DNA of 62,697 nt, filler included, from Dugesia japonica (Eukaryota), in assembly GCA_001938525.1 (NCBI GenBank). It is 6 parts of 6 records of this genome, joined end to end, with 100 filler letters (N's around TTAATTAATTAA, not from the genome) between each part and the next. Parts side by side here need not be neighbours in the genome. Positions count along the whole stretch, not along the records: positions 17,592 to 30,216 come from MQRL01623152.1; positions 30,317 to 42,585 come from MQRL01613385.1; 4 more parts are not named here. One strand, 5' to 3'. The notes beneath the pieces were generated by a model that saw nothing but the letters and a program-made list of their open reading frames with translations, ran no database searches and had not been told where the DNA came from. A program made the position numbers and the translations under genes. This document shows, piece after piece, positions 27,624 through 39,169 of this stretch; positions within the stretch are counted from its first letter, which is position 1, and each line of letters begins with the position of its first letter.

Positions 27624-29004
27624 CTATTTTCAGAAATTTATCATTAAGAAAAAATAAAATTACTAAGATTCTAAATCAAATATAATAAATTTGAAATACT
27701 TTCATATTATCTAAGTATTTAAAGTAAACAAAATAATTGAAGTATGAAGTAAAAGTTAAGTACAAAATAAGAGTACAAAGAAAAATTATTGATTTTTTAA
27801 AAACAATGGCACGTTAAGATATTGATACATATTTTAGCTTTTCATTTTTAAATTAAAAATGTGAATTTCTACATTTATTTTTGTGAGATGAGTCTATGAC
27901 AATCATAGATTAATTCAAAAGATATTTTGATAATTTATTAAAAAATATTTTTTTAAAAACATAGATAAAGAAAATAGATTTGCTTTTTTAAACAAATTAA
28001 ACAAGCTAAATGATTTGAAATTCCATTTAAACTTTTAAAATTTTTTAATAATTTTTTTTTAAAACAATCTGATTTTATTTAGTTAAAATCTTATTAATTA
28101 ATTATTAATAATAATTAATTAAAATCTAAACCTTCCTAAAAATCAAAGTCGAAAAATTTAACAATGCCATTCATCTTTTCACCATTCCAAATATTACTTA
28201 ATAAATAAAATTTAGTGCATTAATCTGATGGTTTTTCTTAAATTGCATATTAATTTTTTAAAATACTACGTTTTAGAACAAATTTTTATAAGAATTATAA
28301 TTAATCCTAATTTTTTTTAAACTTTATTTCTTATATAAATATTTCTGATTTGAACACTCGATTTGCGTCGTTCCAATTTGTTAAATAATTTATTTTACTT
28401 TCATTTTCAAAGCTCTCTCGTTTACATTTGGTTTGTACATTGTTCAAATTAATATAAAAAATATCGCCCATTTATTTCAATAAATCAATTTTCAATATAA
28501 AACAGTGTTAATATAGAAATGTTATTACTACATTTAAACAAATTATTACATAAAAATTAAATTATTCAAAAGCGAAAACAAATTTGTTTAGAATTCAAAT
28601 TGTAAGTTTTAAAACGTTTCCAATTTGGAAGAAAAGCTATTGAAATTGAAAGAAATCTGGGTTTAGCATCTAGTAGAGTAAGAAATGTTTAATTGAGATG
28701 CGGATCAATTAAAATGATTTTTTGTAAAACAGGTACATCATTACAAGCTGAGCAAATAAGAAAGGTAAGAAGTTCAGTTATATTAAAATGGAGTCACTTN
28801 NNNNNNNNNNNNNNNNNNNNNNNNGTATTTGAATAGAAAACCAAAATAAGTGGAAGAGCAAAATGGTAATTTAAAACAAAGTTGTAGGAATTTTCAATGA
28901 AATATAAAAGTAAATAAAATTAAAATTTGAAGCCAGTTAAGGTTTGTTTTAATGTTTTCCAAACTAGAGCACATTTAGATGTTGCATTAAGAGAAATTAG
29001 CAGT

Positions 29005-29330
29005 GTAGATACAACACGCAATGAAAAATGAATTTTATATGACAATCGCATGTGTTCAGCACATTGGTTGGACCCCGACGAAGCGTCAAAACACTTTCAC
29101 GAATCAGAACTTTACCAAAAGAAAGTTGTACACACCATTTAGTGGTATATTAGATGCATAGTTCATTATTACTTTTGGACTATTAGAGAAACAATTATTA
29201 AAAATATATAATGCCAGGAAGTCGATAAAATGTACCAAAAACTGTAAAAACTTGGTAAAGAATTGGTCAACACAGTAAATCCTATTGATTCTCTTGACAA
29301 TGCTCGGTCANACGTTGCACAAATTAGGAA
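29005..29330 (+). pseudogene. mariner transposase catalytic fragment
   Basis: EK*ILYDNR..HWLDPDE..ELYQKKV..W..IVHY..CQEVDKMYQKL..LVN..DNARS.VAQ. Confidence 0.85.
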
Positions 29331-32061
29331 TAATGCCATTGAACAAAATGATGATTCAAAACAAGGCTGAAAGCATTTTCAAAAGAAATTAGAAATAATT
29401 TAACATAATCTAATAATGAAAATGTAGAAACATTTCAAGTTAGCTAGGCTGGTTTGAACGTTTTAAAAAACTTTTCTATTTCCAGTGTTTTGAATTGCAT
29501 CATCATTATCTGGCCCCAATTAAAAACGGAAATCGAGGTTTTGGTTTAATTATTTATAATTATTTTTTACAATATTTTTATTTGTCCAAATTTTGGAAAA
29601 TTCAAAGAATCTTACAATAAAAATTATACAAAACTGTAAGAAAATAGTAGTTGTGCAGCTAAATTTTTGAGATTTCAGTTTTGATTTTCTTCAAAATTAA
29701 AAAAAAAGTTTATTCAAAATAAGACAAAATTTTTTGAGAAATTAAAAAATTAATAGGATAATTAAAAATTGAAACATAAAGAGTTATTGTGAAATTATTA
29801 TATTTTAAATATTTTAAAAAAATTGTTTGACTGAATTAATTTTAAATAAAATAAATAAAAAATCTTCTTTTTTAATAAATAATATATGAAATCAACAACT
29901 CTTCTTAATTCAACAATGAGTGTCTTAGACTCATCTAATAATAACTATAGAACACTAAATGTTATTTTTCATAAATTCATCGAAGAATTTTCAGTGAGAA
30001 TTTAATTTATTTCCACATAAAATTTACAAAATAGCACTATTTTATAAAAATTATAAAAAAGATGTCATGACAAAAAGAATATTAAGTTGGAAAGAAAGTT
30101 TCCGCACTACTTTGTAATATGCATATATTTAGTTATTTAATCTTTATTTATTGTTATAACTATATTTTTTTATATAAATAGATGTTGTTTGAATATTAAC
30201 TTGTATTTTAGCGCTANNNNNNNNNNNNNNNNNNNNNNNNNNNNNNNNNNNNNNNNNNNNTTAATTAATTAANNNNNNNNNNNNNNNNNNNNNNNNNNNN
30301 NNNNNNNNNNNNNNNNAACATTAAAAAATACAGAAATCAGTCATCAATCATATCTTGATTGTTACAATCAGGACAAAAAAGTGTCAGTAGTTTTTAACCA
30401 GCAATATTTTATCAGGTTTTTTAGGTGGGGAAAATTTTTTATGGGAATTTTTTATAGGAATCCGGGCAAATCGTTCATGTTTAAAAAATATGAAAATTGT
30501 AAAATTTTTTAAATTAATTTTTTATAAGAATCCGGAGCATCAAAAATTTTAAAAATAATTTTTTCAATTTTTACAATATATAGTTATTCTTAGATATATC
30601 GACTCAGAATTTTACGGCGATCATATTTGGTTTTCTCAGTATTTTACACAGGATTTTTTCGAAAAAATAATTTCTTCTCAAAATACGTCAAGAAACTGTT
30701 TATTCGATAAAAAATTATTCGCTGATTCTAAACATGTTCACCTAAATAGGGTAAATAGGGAAAATGGGGGGGGGTAAAATAGGACTAAAATGGGGGTAAT
30801 CGTATATTAATATTTTAATTAATATTGTATTATATTTGATTCAATTTAATTTCAATTATATTTGTTTTAATATATTTCGATTAACGCATTCACTTTTTAT
30901 TTAAAATTTTTTAAGTAAGTGATTTATTTTAAAATTATATGTTAATTTAAATAATTAGACAAAATATGAAGCCAATGAAGAATCTGAAAGGAATTTAATC
31001 AAGAAAAATGAAGATGATTATGTTAATATGAATGATTTTTAAATATTTTATGCTTAGTGGTAAAATTTATTACAAATTTATTTACTATTTATTTATAAAT
31101 TTAATATTTAATTAATTTATTGACTCTTTTGTCATTTTATCTGTTATTTCAATTAATTAATATATTAAGATTTTGATTATTATTATTAATTGATTTAATT
31201 TTCTTTAGATAATTGTTGATTGAATTTTTATCCTTTTTACTAATTATTATTATCTCTTGTTTATTATTCTTTTTTCTTTTGAATTATTATTAAAATAATT
31301 ACTAATTATATCTCCATTATTTAAAATAAATTAATTGTATATAACCAGTTTTAATTTTTAGAATTTCCTTATTTAAAAGAAAAATATGCTACTGGTATAA
31401 GAATAAATGTAATCAACCGATATCCCATTAAAAGTGTATTAAATTACTTAATAGGCGTTGGGTTTTCAATGTTAACATGTGTTAAGAAAATATATATATA
31501 TATATACCTGGGGTTAATACTCATATTTATATCTACATGTTTGTTAAAAGTCATTAAAATAATAAAACCCTTTTTGGTGATTTAATAAGAGAATTGTCAT
31601 AAATTTATATGCTCATAGTTACATATTATATCCCAAGAGAATTCGCAAACTAATTATTAGACTCCAATTAACAATAACTTGGATAAATGCATATGGGATT
31701 AATAAATATTGAACTAAAATGTATATTTATATATGCATGTGTGTATGAATAAATGTGCGGAGTTTGAATCGTTAAGACGGTGAATTGATTAACGATTAAT
31801 GAAGCCATCAAACACTATAAGTCTGGGAGTAATTTTTAAAAATTCCAGCAAACTAGAAACAATATTAAAGATGTTTAATTTAAAATCATGAGTCTTTAAA
31901 ACCACAACTAAAATATAAATCTATTTTTGTAATAAACGTCCATAACCGTGTAGATAACAAGCCGTGGATTAAAATTTTCCGTTTTTAAATTAAAACCGCT
32001 TGCTGCTTTAGCGTAAGACGGACTAACACTCTGGTCCGCTGGACCCAAACTAAAGGGCCGG

Positions 32062-32193
32062 ACTGCACTCCCATAACGAGGTTTCACCGGAACCAAACCG
32101 AGAGAGTGTAAGAGACACACGACGCTAAAAAATGCTTATGGTTTTCATGAGTATACCCCTACTATCACAATTTAACTCATGAACACCCAACAA
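32062..32193 (+). repeat. 132-bp GC-rich direct repeat, copy 1
   Basis: Ungapped match to 32983-33114 with 15 mismatches counted by eye; contains the inverted repeat TTCATGAGT..ACTCATGAA. Confidence 0.92.
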
Positions 32194-32982
32194 GCAATTT
32201 TTGAGGGCTCAGCCGGGATTTCATTTACATCATTAGTTTTTTACATTTCAAGACAAAATTTTTTTGGGTATCAAATAAGTTGCGATCATTCTCATTAAAC
32301 CTTGTTTTGACATTTTGTTAATTTTTAGCTAACAGGTAGATAGGACAAGTGTTGGTATAATTAAAAAATGAAAATGAGTTTTAATAATTGATAAAATGCA
32401 CCCGTAAATGTGGTAGTGGGGATTGATGATCATAAACTAAAATTAATGAGAAATTAATTGATAATAAAAAATTTTACTCAGAAAATAAAATCGATGATAT
32501 TTTATTATTAAAAATGAATTTACTTTGAAATGACGTTGAAGTTAATGTTGATTAACAAAGATTTATATCTGGTAAAATCGATTCATCTTAAACTATGTTG
32601 AAATTATTTATTGGCTAACAAAGCTTAAATTGATTTATGTTGAAATAAAATTGTTTTACCCCAATAAAAAGATAGCACTATCGTTTATTAATCATAATGA
32701 AAATCGAAAATAAAAAAAGTATTTTTCTACTTTGAATGTTCGACATGAATTGAAATATCACCGTTTGATAGACTCGAAGTACTCCCTATCATTTGATGGC
32801 GAACCACTTGATCTATGATTCTCTGCTAAATGGTCATAAAGAACAAAAATTAGTATGAGAGGAAGAGACAAGTGACTTGTCATAATCTATGATCATATTT
32901 TATTTTTATTATTGGTTAATGATTTTAAAATAATACCGAAACTTCAGTCGAGCAATGAAGGGTATTACGAGGAATCTTAAAT

Positions 32983-33114
32983 ACTGCACTCCCATAAAGA
33001 GGAGTCACCGGAACCAAACCAAGAGCGCGTAAGGGACACACGACGCTAAAAAATGCTTGTGATTTTCATGAGTATGACCCTACTATCACAATTAAACTCA
33101 TGAAAGCCTAACAA
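32983..33114 (+). repeat. 132-bp GC-rich direct repeat, copy 2
   Basis: About 89% identical to copy 1. Confidence 0.92.
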
Positions 33115-33172
33115 TAATATTATTATTAATATTAATATAATTTCATTAAAATAAAATGATGAACTTCTTCAT

Positions 33173-33495
33173 TTGGCATGATGATACCATATTATACATT
33201 ATTGTTCTTCATATGTGATGAACTTATTTAGTTATAATAATATAAACATTTATTATTTTGTCATCTATGATGACCTTATTGTTTTTTTTTAATAATTTAC
33301 TATCATTTACATTAGATGTTGACTTATTAATTGAATATTACAACATTTATAACTTAATTTAGCATGATATCATATCATACATTATCATTCATATATGATG
33401 AACCTATTTATTTAAAAATATAAACATTGATTATTTTGTCCTCTATGAAGACTTTATTATTGGTGACCTATTAATTAAATAATTCAACACTATAA
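33173..33495. repeat. Degenerate tandem duplication, about 185-bp period
   Basis: GCATGAT..GATGAAC..ATATAAACATT.ATTATTTTGTC.TCTATGA present twice. Confidence 0.7.
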
Positions 33496-33524
33496 AGTCC
33501 AAGTATATATATATATTGTATATA

Positions 33525-33665
33525 TAATGGATAAATGACGAATTCCCTGCAAGGTTTTACCTTTTTTGTTCACTTACATGTTTAATACCTAAAAAATAAC
33601 AATATAAAATTGTGTATTATGAAAGTAAATTGTAAAACTAACAGGAATTCGTCATTTATACATTA
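33525..33665. repeat. Inverted repeat, about 25-37-bp arms
   Basis: TAATGGATAAATGACGAATTCCCTG ... CAGGAATTCGTCATTTATACATTA. Confidence 0.85.
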
Positions 33666-34033
33666 CTTAGGTTTTGTCTTGGATTTTTTATTTTTATTAT
33701 TTTTAAATATAATTATTTTATAGTTAAAATCAAATGGATTCTAATAATACACTTGTAATAAATGGAATAAATATAGTAAGTGGATCAACTGAAGAAAATT
33801 TTTATAAACTCTTAAAAAGCTATAATTTTTTTGAAAATTCAGTTTTAACATTTTCTAGACAAAAAGATGTAAATGAGAAAATATTTAAGAGAATTTAATT
33901 TTTCTTATAATAGAAGAACAATGATTAAAACTCATAAAAGAGATGTTAATGGACAATATGAATCTTTACCCAAAAAGTTTGAACATTTTTATTTTTTATT
34001 ATTTTATTTTTTTTATATTTTTGCTTTAGAAAA

Positions 34034-34760
34034 ATGAAAGTTTATAAAACCTCCACAAATTGTGGAAGTGTTTGTATGTTTAGAGTTGATTTAAATTGTA
34101 ATTATTGTAATTAAATTATTACTCGACAAAATCATGCAAGATCACATTACAACAGTGAATTGCACAAAACACAAGTTCTAAAATTAAAAGAAGAAACTAA
34201 AAAATTGTTTGATGAATTACTCTGGTCGAGAGGTGAATAATTATAAAATTAATGAAACAAGAAAGTTATTTAAACATTTAAAGAATATAAAATATTACAA
34301 AATCGAATATTTTAAAGAAAGTAAAATTGAATTAACTAGAAATGTTCAACGATTAAATTTTAAATTAATAAAAAAGAAAATAATTAAAATTGTTGATGTA
34401 TATTTTGATTATTCGAAAAGATGATGTTGAGATTGAGTGTAAATTTTAATTACACTAAAGATGAAAAAAGATTATTTAATTCATATTTAAATAATGAAAG
34501 AATTTGTAAAACAGTGAAGCAAAAATTATTGTAATTGATTTAATAAATCAACTTCAAAGATATATGGAAGATGAAGATCAAAACGAATCTGGATGGAATA
34601 AAGATCATATTGTTGATTTTAAAATTGAACTTTCTAAATATCAATCATTGGTTGGATCATCTTATAAAAAATTACCCTTTGTTAAACAAGATATAATTAA
34701 TATTAAAAATAAAGATGAAAAATGTTTTATATATTCTATTTTAGCTCATAAACATTTGGA
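34034..34760 (+). pseudogene. Maverick protein-primed PolB, N-terminal region only
   Basis: Zinc finger CNYC..HARSHYNSELH, then ESGW..IELSKYQSLVGSSYKKLP..IINIKNKDEKCFIYSILA, as in invertebrate Polinton PolB N-termini; truncated. Confidence 0.75.
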
Positions 34761-34779
34761 TTTAGATTTTTATTTTCAT

Positions 34780-35300
34780 CTTCATCCAACTTTGCTCATT
34801 AACATTAAAATGTTCATTTAAATTATCATCCCTTTTATTTTAGAGAATATTTAGGATTTAATAATTCAGAATATGATTTTTTAGCAATTGAATAATCACT
34901 TAAAATAATAATTTTATAAATCTAAATATTTTTAGGTAAAACTAAAGTAACTATCTACAATATATTTATCGTTTAATAGAATTTCTTGTTATTCTACAAA
35001 AAAAGTCAATTCTTGTTTTTTTTAATAAAATTGTATTCAAATACTTTTGGAATATTATCAATTATTACATATATTTCAAAAAACGAAATATCACAATATC
35101 CTTGAATTGTAAAATAAGCTTTATCTCTTGTTAGATTAAAAGGAAAATAAAGTTCTAATGGTTTTTCAAGAAAATAAAATTTTATTATGTTATCATTCTG
35201 TTTTGGGGTTGGATTACTTAAAATTTCTTTTCTTTTTATTTTAAATGGTGGTATTAAACCATAATAACTTGGTAATTTATAATGATTATTAATTATTCAT
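34780..35300 (-). pseudogene. Decayed Maverick ORF of unknown function downstream of the protease
   Basis: Co-oriented, abutting frame HYKLPSYYGLIPPFKIK..PLELYFPFNLTRDKAYFTIQG, with frameshifts. Confidence 0.4.
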
Positions 35301-35682
35301 TAATAATTTCATCAAAAGTTTTGTGTTGAAGAGAGTATAAAAAAAATAAACATAATATTCCACAAATACTAGTTTCATAAGGTTGAACTTGAATTTTATT
35401 ATATACATTTANATGTTTTTCAATTTCTTTAAAAGGTTTTAATCCATAAGAATCAAAATAATAACCTTTATAAAAAGCAACCCAATGACTTACATTTTGA
35501 TTTTGAATGATTTCCGGTTGATTGGAAGGAAATGGATTTATATCTTTCAAGATTTCAGTCACAACTTCATCTTTCATTAAAACCTCAATTTCAAAATTTA
35601 AAAAATCTGAAATAAAATACAAATCAAAATTAGTTTTAGTATTTATTCCAAATGTTTTTAAAAAATCTAAGATTGTATACAT
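35293..35682 (-). CDS. Adenain-like (clan CE) maturation cysteine protease of Maverick
   Basis: TNFDL..VLMKDE..SHWVAF..YYFDSYGLKP..QVQ..SICGILCLFFL, with catalytic His, Asp, Gln and Cys in order. Confidence 0.88.
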   Translation of the reverse strand: MYTILDFLKTFGINTKTNFDLYFISDFLNFEIEVLMKDEVVTEILKDINPFPSNQPEIIQNQNVSHWVAFYKGYYFDSYGLKPFKEIEKHXNVYNKIQVQPYETSICGILCLFFLYSLQHKTFDEIINE

Positions 35683-36325
35683 TTTCTTATATGAACTAAT
35701 ATAGAAATAGTTTGTCCACTAAAATCTATTGGATTATTATTTCCATCTACAACACTAAATTTTAAAGAATCAATATACCTAGAATTTAATCTTGAATACA
35801 TTGAAGAATTTTATAACCAAAACCTACAGTATTTACAGGAAAAGAATATAATAAATTTGATGGAGTACTGTGAATATAATTATTACCTTTAAGAAAATTC
35901 AAGTTATATTCATCATATTTATATTTGAAATATCAATCTTATTTACAGAATAATATTTTCCTGGTAAATATTTTTTAGGTGAAAAACCCAAGATTGTATG
36001 AAAAAAAGATTTACCATCAAATTTGATTGTATGTTTTGTTGTTAAATTACATTTTGTTGTTGATCTTTTAATTTATTAGATATTTCTTAAATTTCATAAG
36101 CACCAGGCTCAATCGTTTTTTGTTCGTATTGATGGGACCCTTAGGAATTTTCTTTTAATTTAAAACCATTATTTTTACTAGTAACATTAAAAATTATATT
36201 ATAACAACTAAAACATATTAATCCCATTTCATAATCAGAATCTAATTCTATTGGAAATCTTAAATCAACTTCTAAATTAAATTCTTTACCAACAACTAAA
36301 AATTGATAAGAACTTTTCTTTATTT
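35670..36325 (-). pseudogene. Maverick minor capsid protein (penton), frameshifted
   Basis: FPIELDSDYEMGLICFSCYNIIFNVTSKNN, EPGAYEI, ILGF, LLYSFPVNTVGFGYKI, IDSLKFSVVDGNNNPIDFSGQ. Confidence 0.82.
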
Positions 36326-36363
36326 TAAATTTACTAAATCAAAAACTACTACTAAAACTACCA

Positions 36364-37179
36364 CTACACAAAATATTTATTTTTATAAAGATATTTTTCT
36401 TTGGTAATTAATTCTTGGTTTAATAATTCTTGAAAAACCAATTTAATTTCTTTGTGTAAATTTTTATGACCTGCTTTTACTGCTGAAATTAATGTTAATC
36501 TTTCAAATAAAGTTATTGGATCTGAGTTTGAAGTAAAGTCAAAACCTTCTCCTTTAATAATATCTTTTTCAAGAGTTGGTTTAATAATCTTGCTTAAATA
36601 ATTACAATAAGCAACTCTAATATTTAATTTATTTAAATAAATATCAAAATTACTTACTTCCTTACTTTCTTTTCCTAAAATTAAATTCATTACTTCTTCA
36701 GTATAAGGTATTTGTTCTTTTGATAAAAAGTATTTCTTTCCGTTTTCTTCAAATAAATTTATTACTGTATCGGGTTGTATTGGATAAATTAATTTTTGAA
36801 ACTTTTTATCAAAAATATCTTCAGTTTTAATTTCTGGCTTAATTAAGTTAGATAAATTATTTTCTTGGGGATCATCAATTTTAGGAAAGAATGGTATTCT
36901 ATTTTTTTGTTTTAAATAAAGTTGTGTGAATCAAGTTTTAAATGTTTGTAAATCAGATTGTAAATCAGGTTTTAAATTAGATTGTGAATCAATTTTTAAA
37001 TCAGGTTTTGTATTTAATTTTTCAATAGCTTTAATAGTAGGTTGTTGTTCAAANGTTAAAGTATCTTGTAAAGTTTTCGATTCAATTACATTACCAGTTA
37101 ATAAATTATTATAATCATCTTGAGCTTTAATTAAATCTTTCAAAAGTTTTATTCTTGTCAATGTTTCTTCATTATCCAT
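36364..37179 (-). pseudogene. Conserved Maverick accessory ORF, split by a frameshift
   Basis: N-terminal QQPTIKAIEKL; C-terminal GEG..DPITLFERLTLISAVKAGHKNLHKEI..QEL resembles the Polinton DPNELxxRLxLL..GN..NE motif. Confidence 0.65.
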
Positions 37180-37190
37180 TTTATTTAGGA

Positions 37191-37712
37191 TTATGTTGAG
37201 GATTTTTCATAAGGTTTTAATATAAACCATCACCACTAGTATTTATTTGTACTCCTTTTTTAAAGTATTTAGTAATCATCTTTAAATGGGACCCTTTGGG
37301 ATCTGAATTTGATAAACTATTTTTTAAATATTTATGAATTGCACTTCCTTCATAAGGTTTTAAGTAAAGTCCTGATGCAGAACTAGTTTTATTATCATGA
37401 AGTTTTGATTGACTCAGAACTTAATTTTTCTATTTAAATTAATTTTTTTTCTGTAATTCAACTAGCTCAGTTTCTTTTTGTTTTTTAATTGCATCTCTAG
37501 AATTACTTGCAGTTGATGCTATTCTAGTGGCAATTGTAGCCGGTATTGCAGCAAGAAAAGCAAATCCAACTTAATGTTCTTTAATTAATTTCTTTTTTAT
37601 TTCTTCTTTAACTTTATTACCAATCCAATAGTTTTTACCATTATTTTTTTACAGATTTACATTTATTTGAATTTATCAAATCAATTAATTCTTGTTCTGA
37701 TACTGAAGACAT
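37191..37712 (-). pseudogene. Putative virion core or membrane-active protein of Maverick
   Basis: *VGFAFLAAIPATIATRIA hydrophobic helix, then SGLYLKPY and GDGLY(L)KPY motifs; internal stops. Confidence 0.6.
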
Positions 37713-37754
37713 TTTATTTAAAATAATAATATTACCAATAACTATATACTTAAA

Positions 37755-38310
37755 ATGTCTAAAAGAATTCAAAAACTTGAAAAACTCAAAAAACAATTTT
37801 CGTTCGTTGATATTTATTTTTCAATTATTGATACTGATGCAATTATAATTCTTCAAGAGAGTTTGGATCTTATTTTTAATAATATTGTTACAAATATTAA
37901 AAAAAACTCAAGTTAAAGCCAAACTTGAAGAAATTGAAAGTGAAGATCAAAATGAAAGTAAAGTCTGAAATTGAAGATGAATCTGCTTCTGAAAGTGATC
38001 TTGAAGTTTTAATTAATAAAAAAAAACTCAAGCCACTTTGGAGAGAATGGAAAATGAAGATCAAATTACAGTTAATCTCTCTTTTTCAGAAGATAGTGAA
38101 ATGATTGTTAAACAAAATGTTGAAGAAGTAATTGTTAAATCGATTGTTAAGGAACCAGAATCTGAAAGTGAAGTTGAAAATGTAATTCCAAAACAAAAAT
38201 TAAAAAAGACTACACCAATATTTGGGTCCCATCCAAAATAAAATTCCTAAATTAAAACAAAAAACTGAAAGTTCAATCCCAAATCAAAGTAAAATCCCAG
38301 TAAAACTCAG
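37755..38310 (+). pseudogene. Divergent acidic (Glu/Ser-rich) ORF of the Maverick, frameshifted
   Basis: MSKRIQKLEKLKKQ.. starts 42 bp from the opposite-strand ATG; ESEDQN repeats. Confidence 0.45.
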
Positions 38311-39169
38311 TAGATTATGGATCATCACTGTCTGATAGAAAGAATGGAGGAACGAGTATTGGGGCAGCTGATGGACGACACGCAGTTCGCTACTGAGACG
38401 CAGGACTCAGTGATCGCCAAGGTCGAGTCACTGCGGAAATAAATGTGTTATTAATTATCCTAATAAATTCATATTATATTTATATCACAATGTTGTTTTA
38501 AAGTTATGCTTACGGGCTACAGAGGCGGCAAAGGGTCGACTAACGAAAGTGAATTTTAGTTTTACTTGTTTTATTATAAAGAGAGTGGCCTATGAATTTT
38601 ATGTGGTGTGGAATTCGGATTTTTAATTTTAATATCAATTAATGAAATTATGGTCAACTCATTTTAATACCTTTTCTAATAATCAGTCATCCTGAATTAT
38701 TTTAGTGAGTAAAGCCCAAGGCGATACATCCAGGAAGAAGCTGGTAAATGCACAGAAAATATGGATGGAGGAGCGCAGAGAGCTACGAAATTAGGTGCTC
38801 TGATTAAAGGGCCAGGAGATAAAACACTCATCTAAGTACCAACAGCTTAAAGAGAAGGAGTTGGCACTCCAACAGGCTAACCGACTCATGACCAATGTCA
38901 TTAAATACAAAGTTTTTAGTTCTAATTAATGTCTGTTGAACAAGAGTTACTAAGTTCAATGAGTTATTGTGGTACATAGAAATAGAGAAAAAGACGCGAT
39001 ACCGCAAAGTCGCGCTGAACCCGTGGAATGAAGGGGCATGGTACAGATGTACCATAAACGCTCGAAGTTTCTAGGTATGCCCCTAGATTATTGGTTTAAT
39101 AGTTAAAGATAAAATGGGGTGGAGAAATATGAATGAACTAATAACTAAAAAACAAAACCCTAGCAACCC

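Larger units (their letters stand above)
30386..38310. mobile_element. Maverick/Polinton (adintovirus-like) remnant, internally deleted
   Basis: Clustered adenain-like protease, penton, pPolB N-terminus and conserved accessory ORFs. The left end is inferred only from an AGTAGT terminus at 30386; no right TIR seen. Confidence 0.8.

Noticed and set aside
32002-32075. tRNA gene
   Set aside because: Only a D-arm-like start; no T-loop GTTCRA and no acceptor-stem closure
32018-32120. Twister ribozyme (TAACACT..GCTGGACCCAA resembles the twister core) or hammerhead
   Set aside because: The GUCCCAAGC loop and 3' GAGGG partner are not matched; no CTGANGA core; copy 2 lacks the region
32130-32220. U4/U5 snRNA or SL RNA because of AATTTTTGA
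   Set aside because: No U5 loop I, no U4/U6 pairing region and no convincing SL donor context
11580-35682. Functional link between the two clan CE proteases (Ulp1-like and adenain-like)
   Set aside because: They belong to different elements on pieces separated by artificial spacers
38400-38434. SECIS element
   Set aside because: The stem above the GA motif is far too short, and no selenoprotein ORF lies upstream
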